Under the pieces are notes generated by a model. The model searched no databases. It had not been told where the DNA came from and was given only the letters and a program-made list of their open reading frames with translations. DNA of 64,000 nucleotides from a virus (taxonomy: Duplodnaviria; Caudoviricetes): IMG/VR virus record IMGVR_UViG_3300001525_000092, positions 84,149 to 148,148 of that record; one strand, written 5' to 3'. Both the position numbers and the translations under genes were made by a program. Below are positions 1 through 9,253 of the stretch, piece after piece. Positions within the stretch are counted from its first letter, which is position 1. Each line of letters starts with the position of its first letter.

Positions 1-171
1 AAGCTATTCAGCAATGTGATAGATGCTAGAGAGTTTGTTGAAGCTAAGACAGATGCAGACTTCATCAGACGAGAAGGACACTATTACATATTGTCATTGA
101 GAGAAGCAAGAGGAATCATTGCTAAAGCATTAGGAGTGAACAGTAAGTTGATACAGCTGGAAATACAGTGA
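1..171 (+). CDS. 3' end of hypothetical protein (paralog family with 168-884 and 933-1625)
   Basis: Frame 1 is open from the window edge to TGA 169-171 (KLFSNVIDAREF...LSLREARGIIAKALGVNSKLIQLEIQ); the C-terminal tag resembles the next two ORFs. Confidence 0.7.
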   Translation, partial: KLFSNVIDAREFVEAKTDADFIRREGHYYILSLREARGIIAKALGVNSKLIQLEIQ

Positions 172-884
172 TTATGATGGAAAGAGAAAAGTACAAGAAA
201 GACGCAGAAGGTGCTGTCTACCTCGATAAGCAATATTGGGATTGGAAAGAATGCCTACATTTCACAGACAAAGAATCTATTGACAAGCATGCATTGCCTA
301 TTTTGCATGTAGAGATGAGGTCTAACATGTACCCAGAATGGAAGTTTGATGATGAATACAAAGAAGATGCTATTTATGACATGAACAAGGTTGTCTTCCG
401 TGTGACTATCCATGAAGACAATGGAAAGATTGTTGACAACTTCATTGAGCCATGCATCATCTATGGAGATGACAGACCAAATTTTGATCAGTACTTTGTT
501 GATAGAGTAAGTTCTAAAGTATTAGAGAGAATCAAGAGCAACAAAGTGAGTTGGAAGCATCTTGCACTTTCTACTGACTCAGAAGATTCACTTACTATAA
601 TAGATAGAAAGAACTCTATAGAAAAGTATAGTGTTGCTAAGCCCATTTATTGTACAGATAGAAAATGGACATGGACAAAGATTTTCGGCAACTATGAGAT
701 GGCTAACTCTTATAGATACAACAAGTACATAGAATTGAAGAACAAGAAAGAAAGTGAAGAGTATGATAAGTTTCTTAAAGAAGCATCAGAAATTCTAGAA
801 GACAAGAAAGTCATCACATTGACAGAGATAGCAAAAGCATTCAATTGTGACAAAGATAAAATTATCTTGGATTTGTCAAGATAA
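168..884 (+). CDS. hypothetical phage protein (paralog family)
   Basis: 238-aa ORF; C-terminal TLTEIAKAFNCDKDKIIL tag; true start may be ATG 174/177. Confidence 0.75.
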   Translation: MIMMEREKYKKDAEGAVYLDKQYWDWKECLHFTDKESIDKHALPILHVEMRSNMYPEWKFDDEYKEDAIYDMNKVVFRVTIHEDNGKIVDNFIEPCIIYGDDRPNFDQYFVDRVSSKVLERIKSNKVSWKHLALSTDSEDSLTIIDRKNSIEKYSVAKPIYCTDRKWTWTKIFGNYEMANSYRYNKYIELKNKKESEEYDKFLKEASEILEDKKVITLTEIAKAFNCDKDKIILDLSR

Positions 885-932
885 TTTTGAAATTTATTTT
901 GTTTTGACTATCTTTAATCTGAACAAAACAAT

Positions 933-1625
933 ATGATGATTATGAATACAAACAAGATGAATGCTTTTGAGTTGAAGAATGTAGTGAACAAGATGATAGC
1001 AGACAATGCTATCACCAAGTTCAATATGATGAAGCTATTTGATACTGATGAAGACTTGATAGACAAGTTCTTGAAAGAAGAGAACATGTCTTTTATTGAC
1101 ATGAGTGAGCTTCACCTTAACTTTGCTGTCACTATCAGAAATGAGAACGGACGTCTCAAGAACTGTAAGATCATTCCTTGTTTCATTGTCTATATGGGCA
1201 ATCATCAGTTCAAGGCAGTTCCTGTTCCTGGAGAGCTAGCTTCTCGAAAGTATGATGCTAACTTTAATCTCAAGATCTTTGATGACATGTTTGCAACAAG
1301 ATATGGTAATTGTTGGTTTCACTTGTCAAAAGACAATGAGTTCAAGTTTGATGATGCTTCTACTTCTAACACAGTTTTCTTCTCATTATTAGAAGATGCA
1401 AAGAACTACTTGAACACTTATACTAAGTGGTTTCATACAAAGAAGAAAGAAGATGATGATAGAAAGAAAGATGGAATCTTCACAGTAGCAGAGATTGCAG
1501 AGAAGCTTGGAATACCAGTAGACAATCTGAAGATTGTTGATGATGCTGACACAGACCATATGTACTTCGATGGAGTCAATCGAGAGTTGTATGGAGAGCT
1601 CCCAGATTCAGATTACATCTATTAA
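933..1625 (+). CDS. hypothetical phage protein (paralog family)
   Basis: 230-aa ORF after promoter-like motif at 887; TVAEIAEKLGIPVDNLKIV tag. Confidence 0.75.
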   Translation: MMIMNTNKMNAFELKNVVNKMIADNAITKFNMMKLFDTDEDLIDKFLKEENMSFIDMSELHLNFAVTIRNENGRLKNCKIIPCFIVYMGNHQFKAVPVPGELASRKYDANFNLKIFDDMFATRYGNCWFHLSKDNEFKFDDASTSNTVFFSLLEDAKNYLNTYTKWFHTKKKEDDDRKKDGIFTVAEIAEKLGIPVDNLKIVDDADTDHMYFDGVNRELYGELPDSDYIY

Positions 1626-1650
1626 TCAACATATAACAAAAAGAAATATC

Positions 1651-2250
1651 ATGAACTTGACAGTAGCTATAACAGTGAAAGATAGCAATGGGAACTTGAT
1701 AGGACCAGGCAACGGATGTCCTATCTTGTATCTTCGTGGTTCTGATGATGCTAATGATGATGCATATACAGCATTGGTGACACCAGAGTTTTTTAGCTAT
1801 CTTTTCCAAAACAAATGCTTTGCTGATGTAGGCAACTATGTTGGCACCAGAATATATGTCTCTTATTATGCTACAGAAGATGAAGTGAAGTACATCAACA
1901 CACCATTGCAAGCAGCATGGACATTTGATTATCTTAGGGAAAATGCAAATAGATGTCCTGCACTTGCATGGGTACCTACTTATCACGCATTGAAGTACAT
2001 TTGGGATGCTAGCTTCGAAGGAACTGAGATTCCGCTCTCTTATGATGGTGACTTGTCAGAAGATTCAACTATGCAAGAGGTAATATCTTTGTATGACAAG
2101 GTAAAAGAGAAGTTCGGTACCAAGTTGACTAAGGAGACATTCATCCAGAGCATCAACTCCTGGTTGCAACGAAGAGAGATGTTTGACTTGTCAGAACACA
2201 ACATAGCATATATAGTAGAACAGTTAGAAATGATTTTAAAAGATAAATAA
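1651..2250 (+). CDS. hypothetical protein
   Basis: ORF 1534-2250; likely start is ATG 1651 (MNLTVAITVKDSNG), which avoids overlap with the upstream gene. Confidence 0.7.
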   Translation: MNLTVAITVKDSNGNLIGPGNGCPILYLRGSDDANDDAYTALVTPEFFSYLFQNKCFADVGNYVGTRIYVSYYATEDEVKYINTPLQAAWTFDYLRENANRCPALAWVPTYHALKYIWDASFEGTEIPLSYDGDLSEDSTMQEVISLYDKVKEKFGTKLTKETFIQSINSWLQRREMFDLSEHNIAYIVEQLEMILKDK

Positions 2251-2252
2251 CT

Positions 2253-2891
2253 ATGGTAGCTTACAAGAAACTTAACAAAGAAGAGCGTAGAATTGTTTGC
2301 CAGAAGATGGTCAACAAGTTATGGGAGAAGTCTGATGCATTGAAGCTTCTTCGAGATATAGACAAGAAGTATGAGAGTCTTATGAGGCGAAACATTCCTG
2401 ATGAAGTGACTGCTTTTGCTAAGAAGTATCCTAAGACAATCAAGACATCTAGCATTAATTTATATACAAGGAGCTTTCTTCCTAAAGAGAATGCTTGGTG
2501 CAATGAGTCATGTTTCAATTGGCCTTACATCAATGCGAACAATGTCATTCTAGGATTCTTTAAAGACAAAGAGATGAATGAATCTTTCTTCTATAATTAT
2601 GATAAATTGATTGAGTACATCAAAGAAGAAGATATGTCATTGTACAATAAGATTGCGGAAGAGCTGATTCCTAAGCTTCAAGAGATTGAGAAATTTGCAA
2701 AGTCACTTCGCTGTGCTCTCGACAAGATAATTACTGTCAACAAGCTCAAGATGGAGATTCCAGAAGCTTATGAGATCTATGCACAGAGATTTGGTGAGCC
2801 AGCAAAGACAGAAGCACCTTGCTCAGAGAAGAAGTCAGACTTCTGTGATACTGTAGAGAAGATTCGTATGCAATATAATAGCAAGAAATAA
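2253..2891 (+). CDS. hypothetical protein, Nmad5-like (nucleotide-modification-associated domain 5)
   Basis: Helical 212-aa ORF with LDKIITVNKLKMEIPEAY, resembling the T.kkL.e.wPEa end of that family (from memory). Confidence 0.45.
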   Translation: MVAYKKLNKEERRIVCQKMVNKLWEKSDALKLLRDIDKKYESLMRRNIPDEVTAFAKKYPKTIKTSSINLYTRSFLPKENAWCNESCFNWPYINANNVILGFFKDKEMNESFFYNYDKLIEYIKEEDMSLYNKIAEELIPKLQEIEKFAKSLRCALDKIITVNKLKMEIPEAYEIYAQRFGEPAKTEAPCSEKKSDFCDTVEKIRMQYNSKK

Positions 2892-2906
2892 TTGAATATA
2901 TAAAAG

Positions 2907-3512
2907 ATGAAGAAATATAACTTAGAGTTCTTGCATTGGAAGCTCAATGTAAGTCAATTGAAAGAAAAAGAAATCAACAAGATAATCTATGTGCTGGGAC
3001 AGTCACGGCATGTGAAGGACATCTCATTCTATTGCTATGGTGAGTGCACATTCAGTCCTGAAGATGAAGACACTCACTGGCATCCTATTGTTGAAGAGTT
3101 GCCTACATTCAATAGAAAGCATGCTAACATGGCTATCTTTGATGTGCATGTAGTGAATGGAAGTGGACAGTATGACAAGTTGTTCTTATATCATAGCAAC
3201 AATACGCGCATATCTAACTGGGGTTATGTCTTGTACAACACTAAGACTGGTGAGCAAAAGCACAAGTATTGCGTCTATGATGACATGTTTGACATAATTA
3301 TGCACATCAACAGAGAGTTGAATAAGATACAGCGACATGAAGACGGAAAGATGCATGATGAGCCTTATAAAGGAATCTACAAGAATGTGTTCATGCGACG
3401 CAATGGCACTCTAGCATTGAATGACAGATACAGAAAAGACTTTGAAGACTTGCCTATTGTATTTGTCTCAAAAGAAGTGTACAGGAACAACAAGTCTTTC
3501 ATTGAGTTGTAA
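2907..3512 (+). CDS. hypothetical protein
   Basis: 201-aa ORF in operon, genome-typical codon usage. Confidence 0.7.
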   Translation: MKKYNLEFLHWKLNVSQLKEKEINKIIYVLGQSRHVKDISFYCYGECTFSPEDEDTHWHPIVEELPTFNRKHANMAIFDVHVVNGSGQYDKLFLYHSNNTRISNWGYVLYNTKTGEQKHKYCVYDDMFDIIMHINRELNKIQRHEDGKMHDEPYKGIYKNVFMRRNGTLALNDRYRKDFEDLPIVFVSKEVYRNNKSFIEL

Positions 3513-3545
3513 TTTTTAACTAAATTCAATTTCAACGAATGTCAG

Positions 3546-4496
3546 ATGGCAGATGAATCATCAAATAGCATAATACATCAACAAGTGGGCGAAGTGCCCA
3601 TAAACACATCAGTCAAGCCAGAAGACTTGACACATGGTATACCAGTAGATGTCTTAGACCAAGGATATACTACCTATGGAATGGTACAGCAAGCAGCTAT
3701 CCATCTTATGGGTTCTGCTCCATTGAACGAGTTAGATGACAATGGAAACTTGAAGTCAGTTCCGGATGCTAAGGCAAAAGCAATAGCAGACAGATGTGTG
3801 AAGTATGCATACATGCTATTAGATTCACTTGCTTCTGGCAATCCTGGTTCTGGTAGCTCAGATGAAGATGAAGATGGATGTTGTTGCAAGATAGCTTATG
3901 AGAAGAAGCATGCATGGTTGTGTTACTCACACACTAACATAGAAGAATGCAACAAGTGCACATATCATTCAATATGTCCATGTGTGAGTGGGTCTGGTAG
4001 CTCTGGAGGTGGATCAGGGTCATCTGATCACTTAGACACTACTAAGTGTTGTTGCTATCAAGCAATAGAGCAAACTGGATCATGCTTGTGTTACTCATGT
4101 ACTAAACCGGAAGAATGTGAGAAATGTACTTACAAAGACATCTGTGATTGCAAGCCTGGCAATCCAAAGGAACGAATACTAGAAAGTCAACAAATAAAGA
4201 ATCTAGAGAATCAGATAAAGAACTCTGCCAAGCCTAGCACACCAATTCCTTCTATGCCAACATTGTCTAATCTAGATAGTGTCATAACAGATCCAGTGTT
4301 GAATCAGCAAGTCAATGACATACTAAGGAAGCAACACATCAAGAACTTGTCTGATGTAGTGTCTAGCCTTGGATTAGTACCTTCTCCTAAGCCTACACCT
4401 TCACAAGTCACAGATGAAGAACTCAGAAAAGAGCTTGAAGAGATCATGGGTCCTATAGACTTGCCTCCTATTGACATAGACCAACCAAAACATTAA
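3546..4496 (+). CDS. Cys-rich repeat protein
   Basis: 316 aa; two ~35-aa CCC...CY....EEC.KCTY..IC.C repeats separated by a GS linker; Pro-rich tail. Confidence 0.75.
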   Translation: MADESSNSIIHQQVGEVPINTSVKPEDLTHGIPVDVLDQGYTTYGMVQQAAIHLMGSAPLNELDDNGNLKSVPDAKAKAIADRCVKYAYMLLDSLASGNPGSGSSDEDEDGCCCKIAYEKKHAWLCYSHTNIEECNKCTYHSICPCVSGSGSSGGGSGSSDHLDTTKCCCYQAIEQTGSCLCYSCTKPEECEKCTYKDICDCKPGNPKERILESQQIKNLENQIKNSAKPSTPIPSMPTLSNLDSVITDPVLNQQVNDILRKQHIKNLSDVVSSLGLVPSPKPTPSQVTDEELRKELEEIMGPIDLPPIDIDQPKH

Positions 4497-4509
4497 ATAG
4501 AGCAAAGAC

Positions 4510-4851
4510 ATGAAAAGAATTTTTTCGCTTGCATTGATGATGTCAACTATATTCATCATGATTAGTTGCATCACACCTGATGTTCCTGTAGTTGTCACAA
4601 CAGGCACTCATGTTGAATATAGATCTATACCTCCTGTCATATATAGTCACCCATTGCCACCTCCTCACTTTGATAGATATCGCTATGTTTGTCCACTTCC
4701 AAAGAGAGACTTGTACAAGCCTGTATGGCTGCAGAGACCAAGTGTGAAGCCAAGACTCAAATCTGAATTTGGCAACATGAACAGAAAGCAAGTAGACAGA
4801 CCTAAGAATGTGCCTAATCCAAGAAACAAAAATTTTGGAAGAAATCGATGA
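4510..4851 (+). CDS. putative Pro-rich lipoprotein
   Basis: MKRIFSLALMMSTIFIMIS-C lipoprotein-type signal peptide. Confidence 0.6.
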   Translation: MKRIFSLALMMSTIFIMISCITPDVPVVVTTGTHVEYRSIPPVIYSHPLPPPHFDRYRYVCPLPKRDLYKPVWLQRPSVKPRLKSEFGNMNRKQVDRPKNVPNPRNKNFGRNR

Positions 4852-4940
4852 ACTTTTACTACAGAAATTTCTATTATTAAACTTGAATACTTAAGTATTC
4901 AATCATATTAAATAACAATTTAAATTTAAAGTAACGAAAA

Positions 4941-5102
4941 ATGAAAAAGTTAGTTTTGATGTTTGCTATGATTGTGGCAGTGTCTTTTGCTTCATGTGGC
5001 AATTCAACAAACTCTTCTGCATCTGCAAGTGATTCAGATACAGTAGTAGTTGACAGTGCAACTGACTCAGTTACAGTTGATAGTGCTACAGTAGCCAAGT
5101 AA
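4941..5102 (+). CDS. small Bacteroidota-type lipoprotein (53 aa, absent from ORF track)
   Basis: MKKLVLMFAMIVAVSFAS-CGNSTNSSASASDSDTVVVDSATDSVTVDSATVAK*; lipobox FASC; own upstream promoter-like motif and downstream terminator. Confidence 0.8.
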   Translation: MKKLVLMFAMIVAVSFASCGNSTNSSASASDSDTVVVDSATDSVTVDSATVAK

Positions 5103-5127
5103 TTGACTTGGATGAAACAAATCGTAG

Positions 5128-5160
5128 ATGCAGAATTCAGCAATGGATTCTGCATTTTTT
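5128..5160 (+). terminator. intrinsic terminator
   Basis: ATGCAGAAT...ATTCTGCAT stem followed by T-run. Confidence 0.7.
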
Positions 5161-5163
5161 GTT

Positions 5164-5191
5164 TTGAAATAATCTAAAATATTTCTATATT
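5164..5191 (+). promoter_or_regulatory. early-type promoter TTGAAA-N16-TATATT
   Basis: One of ~9 copies of the motif upstream of plus-strand units. Confidence 0.7.
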
Positions 5192-5226
5192 TATAAAGTA
5201 ATACATAAATTAATAGAAAGTAGATT

Positions 5227-6291
5227 ATGTCGAATATAAAATCAAAACTTACACTTGTTGTTGATGGAAACTGGTTGATGATGTCTCGTCTTAGCATTCT
5301 TAGAATGAGAATCAAAGATGAAGACACTCTTATCAAAGAGCTTAAGTTGATGATGATAAAGTCTATCAATAAGCTTATTCGTGACATTCCACAGATTGAC
5401 AATGTGATATTTGTTGCAGATGGTGGTTCTTGGAGAAACAAAGTAGAGATTCCAAGTTTCTTAAAGAAAGATCATATCACATACAAAGGAACAAGAGAGA
5501 AAGACAAAGAACTTGATTGGGACAAGATATTTGTTGGATATGATGACTTCATCAATGTACTTAGAGATACTGGTGTCTCTGTATATAGAGAAAGTGGAAT
5601 AGAAGGCGATGATTGGTGTAATTATTGGTCTAAGTTGCTGAACTCAAAGAACATCAATTGCTTGATATGGTCTGCTGACCGAGACTTGACACAACTAGTG
5701 AAGATAGATCCTAAGACTAAAGTGTTCACTGCAACTTGGAACAAGAACTATATGACAATTGAAAGCATTGATCATAGTTCAGACAATGACATGGACTTCT
5801 TCTTCAATAGCTATGACTCTAATGAGAATCAGAAGTTGTTAGAGACACTTTGCATGAAAGCTAAGCGTGTTGATGAGATACATCCTATGGATGTTGTAAT
5901 TGATAAGCTGATTCGTGGTGACATTGGAGACAACGTGATTCCTGTAGTGTACAAGAAAGGAAAGTCGTCAAACAAGTTGTTTAGAGTATCTCAGAAAGAG
6001 CTTGACTTTAATCTTGACATTACTCGTCTTGATGATGTCAATGCTTACTTTGAAGAACTTCTTGATAAGAAAGCATGGAAAGGAAAAGCTACAGCCAATG
6101 CAGATGAATGTGTAGAGCACTTCTTCTATAATGAGAGACTTGTATGGCTTGACGCTAGTCAGTATCCTGATGAGATATTAGAGAAGATGACAAAGTATCA
6201 GTTGAAGCCATGTTACAAAGACTTGTCATTAGCTGAGCAAAAGATACAAGCAGAGAAGAATGAAGTATTTGATGTTCTTGAAGAAATTTAA
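5227..6291 (+). CDS. rnh: 5'-3' exonuclease / T4 RNase H-like flap endonuclease
   Basis: PIN/FEN acidic motifs VDGN, FVAD, EGDD, SADRDL, GDIGDN. Confidence 0.85.
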   Translation: MSNIKSKLTLVVDGNWLMMSRLSILRMRIKDEDTLIKELKLMMIKSINKLIRDIPQIDNVIFVADGGSWRNKVEIPSFLKKDHITYKGTREKDKELDWDKIFVGYDDFINVLRDTGVSVYRESGIEGDDWCNYWSKLLNSKNINCLIWSADRDLTQLVKIDPKTKVFTATWNKNYMTIESIDHSSDNDMDFFFNSYDSNENQKLLETLCMKAKRVDEIHPMDVVIDKLIRGDIGDNVIPVVYKKGKSSNKLFRVSQKELDFNLDITRLDDVNAYFEELLDKKAWKGKATANADECVEHFFYNERLVWLDASQYPDEILEKMTKYQLKPCYKDLSLAEQKIQAEKNEVFDVLEEI

Positions 6292-6734
6292 TGAAATATT
6301 TTGAAATAAATGAGATTGGTTCTATATTTAATACGTTAATTAAATGTAGAACCAATTTAAGTATTATAAAGATTATGGTAGATCGTTTGAATCAAGAGTT
6401 AGAATTAGATGACTTAGTACTTATCTGTCATCCTAAGACATCAGTCCTCCTTCGTTGCATTGTGAAGAAGATCAATGCAAAGACAGTCACAGTACATGCT
6501 CTTCCAGAGTCAGAAAAAGAGAATGAGACTTCTCAATATTGCCAACATGACATGGTTGGTATTGGTGATCATAAATTTCATGGAAACTACTTCAGAATTA
6601 GTAAAGGTTTCAATAGACGTCCAGAAGAAGTAGTGAAGATTGGACATTATCGGACTATCCAAGACAACGGAAAAGACATCCATTACTCTAATGTTGAGAT
6701 TGGTGATGAAGAACTTTGGCCAACCGACTTGTAA
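6291..6734 (+). CDS. hypothetical protein, SH3/KOW-like
   Basis: DRLNQELELDDLVL...VKKINAKTVTV...RRPEEVVKI; similar to next ORF; start may be ATG 6375. Confidence 0.6.
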   Translation: MKYFEINEIGSIFNTLIKCRTNLSIIKIMVDRLNQELELDDLVLICHPKTSVLLRCIVKKINAKTVTVHALPESEKENETSQYCQHDMVGIGDHKFHGNYFRISKGFNRRPEEVVKIGHYRTIQDNGKDIHYSNVEIGDEELWPTDL

Positions 6735-6748
6735 AAATCAATTTAATC

Positions 6749-6994
6749 ATGCTAAAAAGAAATAAGATTCCTATGAAGAAAGACATCAGTGGTTTTGATG
6801 TGAAGAAAGGTTATGTTGTGTTGTTAGCTACTACTGATAGCAACAACCTTCTTCATGCTAAAATAATAAAAGAGACAACCGCTTCTCTTATGTGTGAGAT
6901 ATTTGATGCTCCAGATGGCTATAGATGGCTTAATGGTAAAGTAGTTCGTCGCAAGCCGGAGCAAGTGATAGTGATAAGCCCATTTGACAACTAA
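6749..6994 (+). CDS. hypothetical protein, SH3/KOW-like
   Basis: ORF 6716-6994, likely start ATG 6749 or 6772; DISGFDVKKGYVVL...RRKPEQVIVI. Confidence 0.6.
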   Translation: MLKRNKIPMKKDISGFDVKKGYVVLLATTDSNNLLHAKIIKETTASLMCEIFDAPDGYRWLNGKVVRRKPEQVIVISPFDN

Positions 6995-7012
6995 TTAAAA
7001 TCACAATAGACT

Positions 7013-7678
7013 ATGAAGATTATATATGATGAGATGTATCCTGAAGAGTTCTTCAGATATGGAGGTGTAGTTCTTGTTGGTAGCTGGAACTTCAAAGTAG
7101 AGACTTATGGTCATTGGAAACAGACTACTGCGGCTCATGCATGGAACTATGACTACATCAACAAGTATGGAGGCGATGCTTGGATTGGTGACATGCACTT
7201 CTCTTATGACAAAGAGAACAATGTCTTCAAGTACAAAGGATCTTTTCCTAAAGTAGAGACAAATGATCCGTATGGTGTTCCTAATGTTTGCTTCAGTCTA
7301 GTTGATGATCAAGATGCAAGATGGGAGAAATATGCTAAGCAACGCAAAGAACGTGGATTTGATGATTCAGAATTGTGGAATCTTGATTGCTCAATTGCTA
7401 AGTTCATCCTTCCTCGTCTTGAGAGATACCAAGAAATCAAGTGCGCACACCCTGCTAACTTGACAGAAGAAGAGTGGACAAGACGAGTTGCATTGATGAT
7501 ATCAGCATTCAAGACTTACTTGTATGACATTGACTTGACTAATGATGAGAAAGTCATCAAGAAATTCTGTAAGCAAGGCATCATCAAGAAGAATGTAGAT
7601 GATGCATTGAAACTCCATAAAGAATATCTTGAAGGAATGGAGTACTTTCATAAGTATTGGACTTGGTTAGGTGACTAA
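7013..7678 (+). CDS. conserved hypothetical phage protein
   Basis: RGFDDSELWNLD..IAKFILPRL...EGMEYFHKYW motif, typical of large phages. Confidence 0.7.
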   Translation: MKIIYDEMYPEEFFRYGGVVLVGSWNFKVETYGHWKQTTAAHAWNYDYINKYGGDAWIGDMHFSYDKENNVFKYKGSFPKVETNDPYGVPNVCFSLVDDQDARWEKYAKQRKERGFDDSELWNLDCSIAKFILPRLERYQEIKCAHPANLTEEEWTRRVALMISAFKTYLYDIDLTNDEKVIKKFCKQGIIKKNVDDALKLHKEYLEGMEYFHKYWTWLGD

Positions 7679-7682
7679 CCCA

Positions 7683-7782
7683 GATGCCGCCAGAAGTCGC
7701 TGGGCGCCGCTGGCGGCCGCGAAATGACTCAGACTATAAATTATATATCTGGACAAATTTTAAGGCCGCCAGCGTCAAATTT
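7683..7782 (+). repeat. dispersed GC-rich inverted-repeat element, copy A
   Basis: Near-identical to 32743, 52486 and (reverse) 61160; arms GCTGGCGGCC/GGCCGCCAGC around an AT-rich core. Confidence 0.95.
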
Positions 7783-7813
7783 AGCTTATTCATTAAACTT
7801 TATTAACATTAAT

Positions 7814-8899
7814 ATGAATTATGATGACATAATCATAAATATCATTTATTCTAAATCTAGACCTTCACAAAAATTCCTTAAGAACAAAATAAAATATTCT
7901 AATGTAGTAAATTATCTATTAAATAGATTTGATTATGTTGAAAATGTAAGAGAATCTTTAGATAGAATAAAATATCATATTGAATATAGACCTTGTTGTA
8001 AAAAATGTGGAAATATTGTGAAATACATTGGGTTGCGCAATGGATATCCTAAGTATAGAGATTTTTGTTCTTGCAAATGTTCAATGAATTCAGAACAAAC
8101 AAAAGAAAATCTAAGGAAATCCATACAAGATAAATATGGAGTAGATAATGTATTTCAAGATACTAAGATCAAAGAAAGAATAAAGAATACTTGGATAAAC
8201 AAATATGGTGTAGATAATCCTAGAAAATCAGAATCGATAATTGCTAAAATTAACAACACTTCAATTCGTAGATATGGCACATCATATCCTACGTCTAGTA
8301 CTATAGTTCAAGATAACATAAAAAAATCTATTTTAGCTAAATATGGGTGTAAGTATTATTTTCTAAATAATGAATTTAAAGAAAAATCAAAACTTACTTG
8401 TGTCTGTAAATATGGTGTAGACAATTACATGAAAAGTGAAAAAGCGCGGATATACATGCATGAAAAGATGTCTACAATTGAAGTACAACAAAAAAGAATA
8501 AATACTTGCATAAAACATAATACTTTCAATACTTCTAAAGTAGAAGAAGAACTTCACTCATATATAAAAGAAAAATTTCCTTCAGTAAAGAGACAATATA
8601 GAGACAAAGAAAGATATCCATACAACTGTGACTTCTATATACCTGAGTTCGATTTATTCTTGGAATTGCAAGGGAATTGGACACATGGAAAGCATGCATT
8701 TGATTCTACTTCTAAAGAAGATCAAGTCATATTAGAGGAATGGAAAGAGAAAAGCAAAGAACACCCTTACTATAGCAACGCAATAAAGACTTGGACTATA
8801 TATGATGTGAATAAAAGAAACAAAGCAAAAGAAAACAACTTAAATTTTAAAGAAGTTTGGTCTCTAGATGAAGGAAAAGCATTCATAAATAATTTATAA
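7814..8899 (+). CDS. putative homing endonuclease (CxxC, KYGVDN repeats, C-terminal PD-(D/E)xK/Vsr-like domain)
   Basis: Several KYGVDN-type repeats; YPYNCDFYI...LELQG.WTHG; very AT-rich versus flanks; start 7814 (7724 lies inside the repeat). Confidence 0.75.
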   Translation: MNYDDIIINIIYSKSRPSQKFLKNKIKYSNVVNYLLNRFDYVENVRESLDRIKYHIEYRPCCKKCGNIVKYIGLRNGYPKYRDFCSCKCSMNSEQTKENLRKSIQDKYGVDNVFQDTKIKERIKNTWINKYGVDNPRKSESIIAKINNTSIRRYGTSYPTSSTIVQDNIKKSILAKYGCKYYFLNNEFKEKSKLTCVCKYGVDNYMKSEKARIYMHEKMSTIEVQQKRINTCIKHNTFNTSKVEEELHSYIKEKFPSVKRQYRDKERYPYNCDFYIPEFDLFLELQGNWTHGKHAFDSTSKEDQVILEEWKEKSKEHPYYSNAIKTWTIYDVNKRNKAKENNLNFKEVWSLDEGKAFINNL

Positions 8900-8903
8900 T
8901 AAA

Positions 8904-8931
8904 GAAAGTCCATTCAATTGAATGGACTTTC
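8904..8931. terminator. perfect 28-bp palindrome between convergent genes (bidirectional terminator)
   Basis: GAAAGTCCATTCAA|TTGAATGGACTTTC. Confidence 0.7.
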
Positions 8932-8954
8932 ACTATGTTAAATATTCACTTATA

Positions 8955-9221
8955 TTAGATAAAGAGTATCTCATTGAAATAGTCATTGTCAAGATGTTCT
9001 TGAACATATGCTTTTGCGTCCAATAGCGATTGACTCTCATTGATGCATCCATCAGATGCTTGCAATGTGATGTCATTGTTTTCTGTAAGTTCAAGATCAA
9101 CATTGAAGTGCTCTTTCAAGAATGAGCTACACTTTATGATTTCACAATCATAGTTCACTACTTTCTTCACGAACTCTTTGCATTCTTTAGTCTCAAATAT
9201 CTTGTCATCTGTAAATTCCAT
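8955..9221 (-). CDS. hypothetical protein
   Basis: 88-aa acidic ORF in the minus-strand block. Confidence 0.65.
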   Translation of the reverse strand: MEFTDDKIFETKECKEFVKKVVNYDCEIIKCSSFLKEHFNVDLELTENNDITLQASDGCINESQSLLDAKAYVQEHLDNDYFNEILFI

Positions 9222-9253
9222 TTTTAGTAATTGAACATTAATTTATCTTTGCT

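Noticed and set aside
7724-7813. N-terminal extension MTQTINYISGQILRPPAS of the endonuclease ORF (also ORF 61060-61329)
   Set aside because: It is a translation of the dispersed repeat; the same peptide appears wherever the repeat lies.
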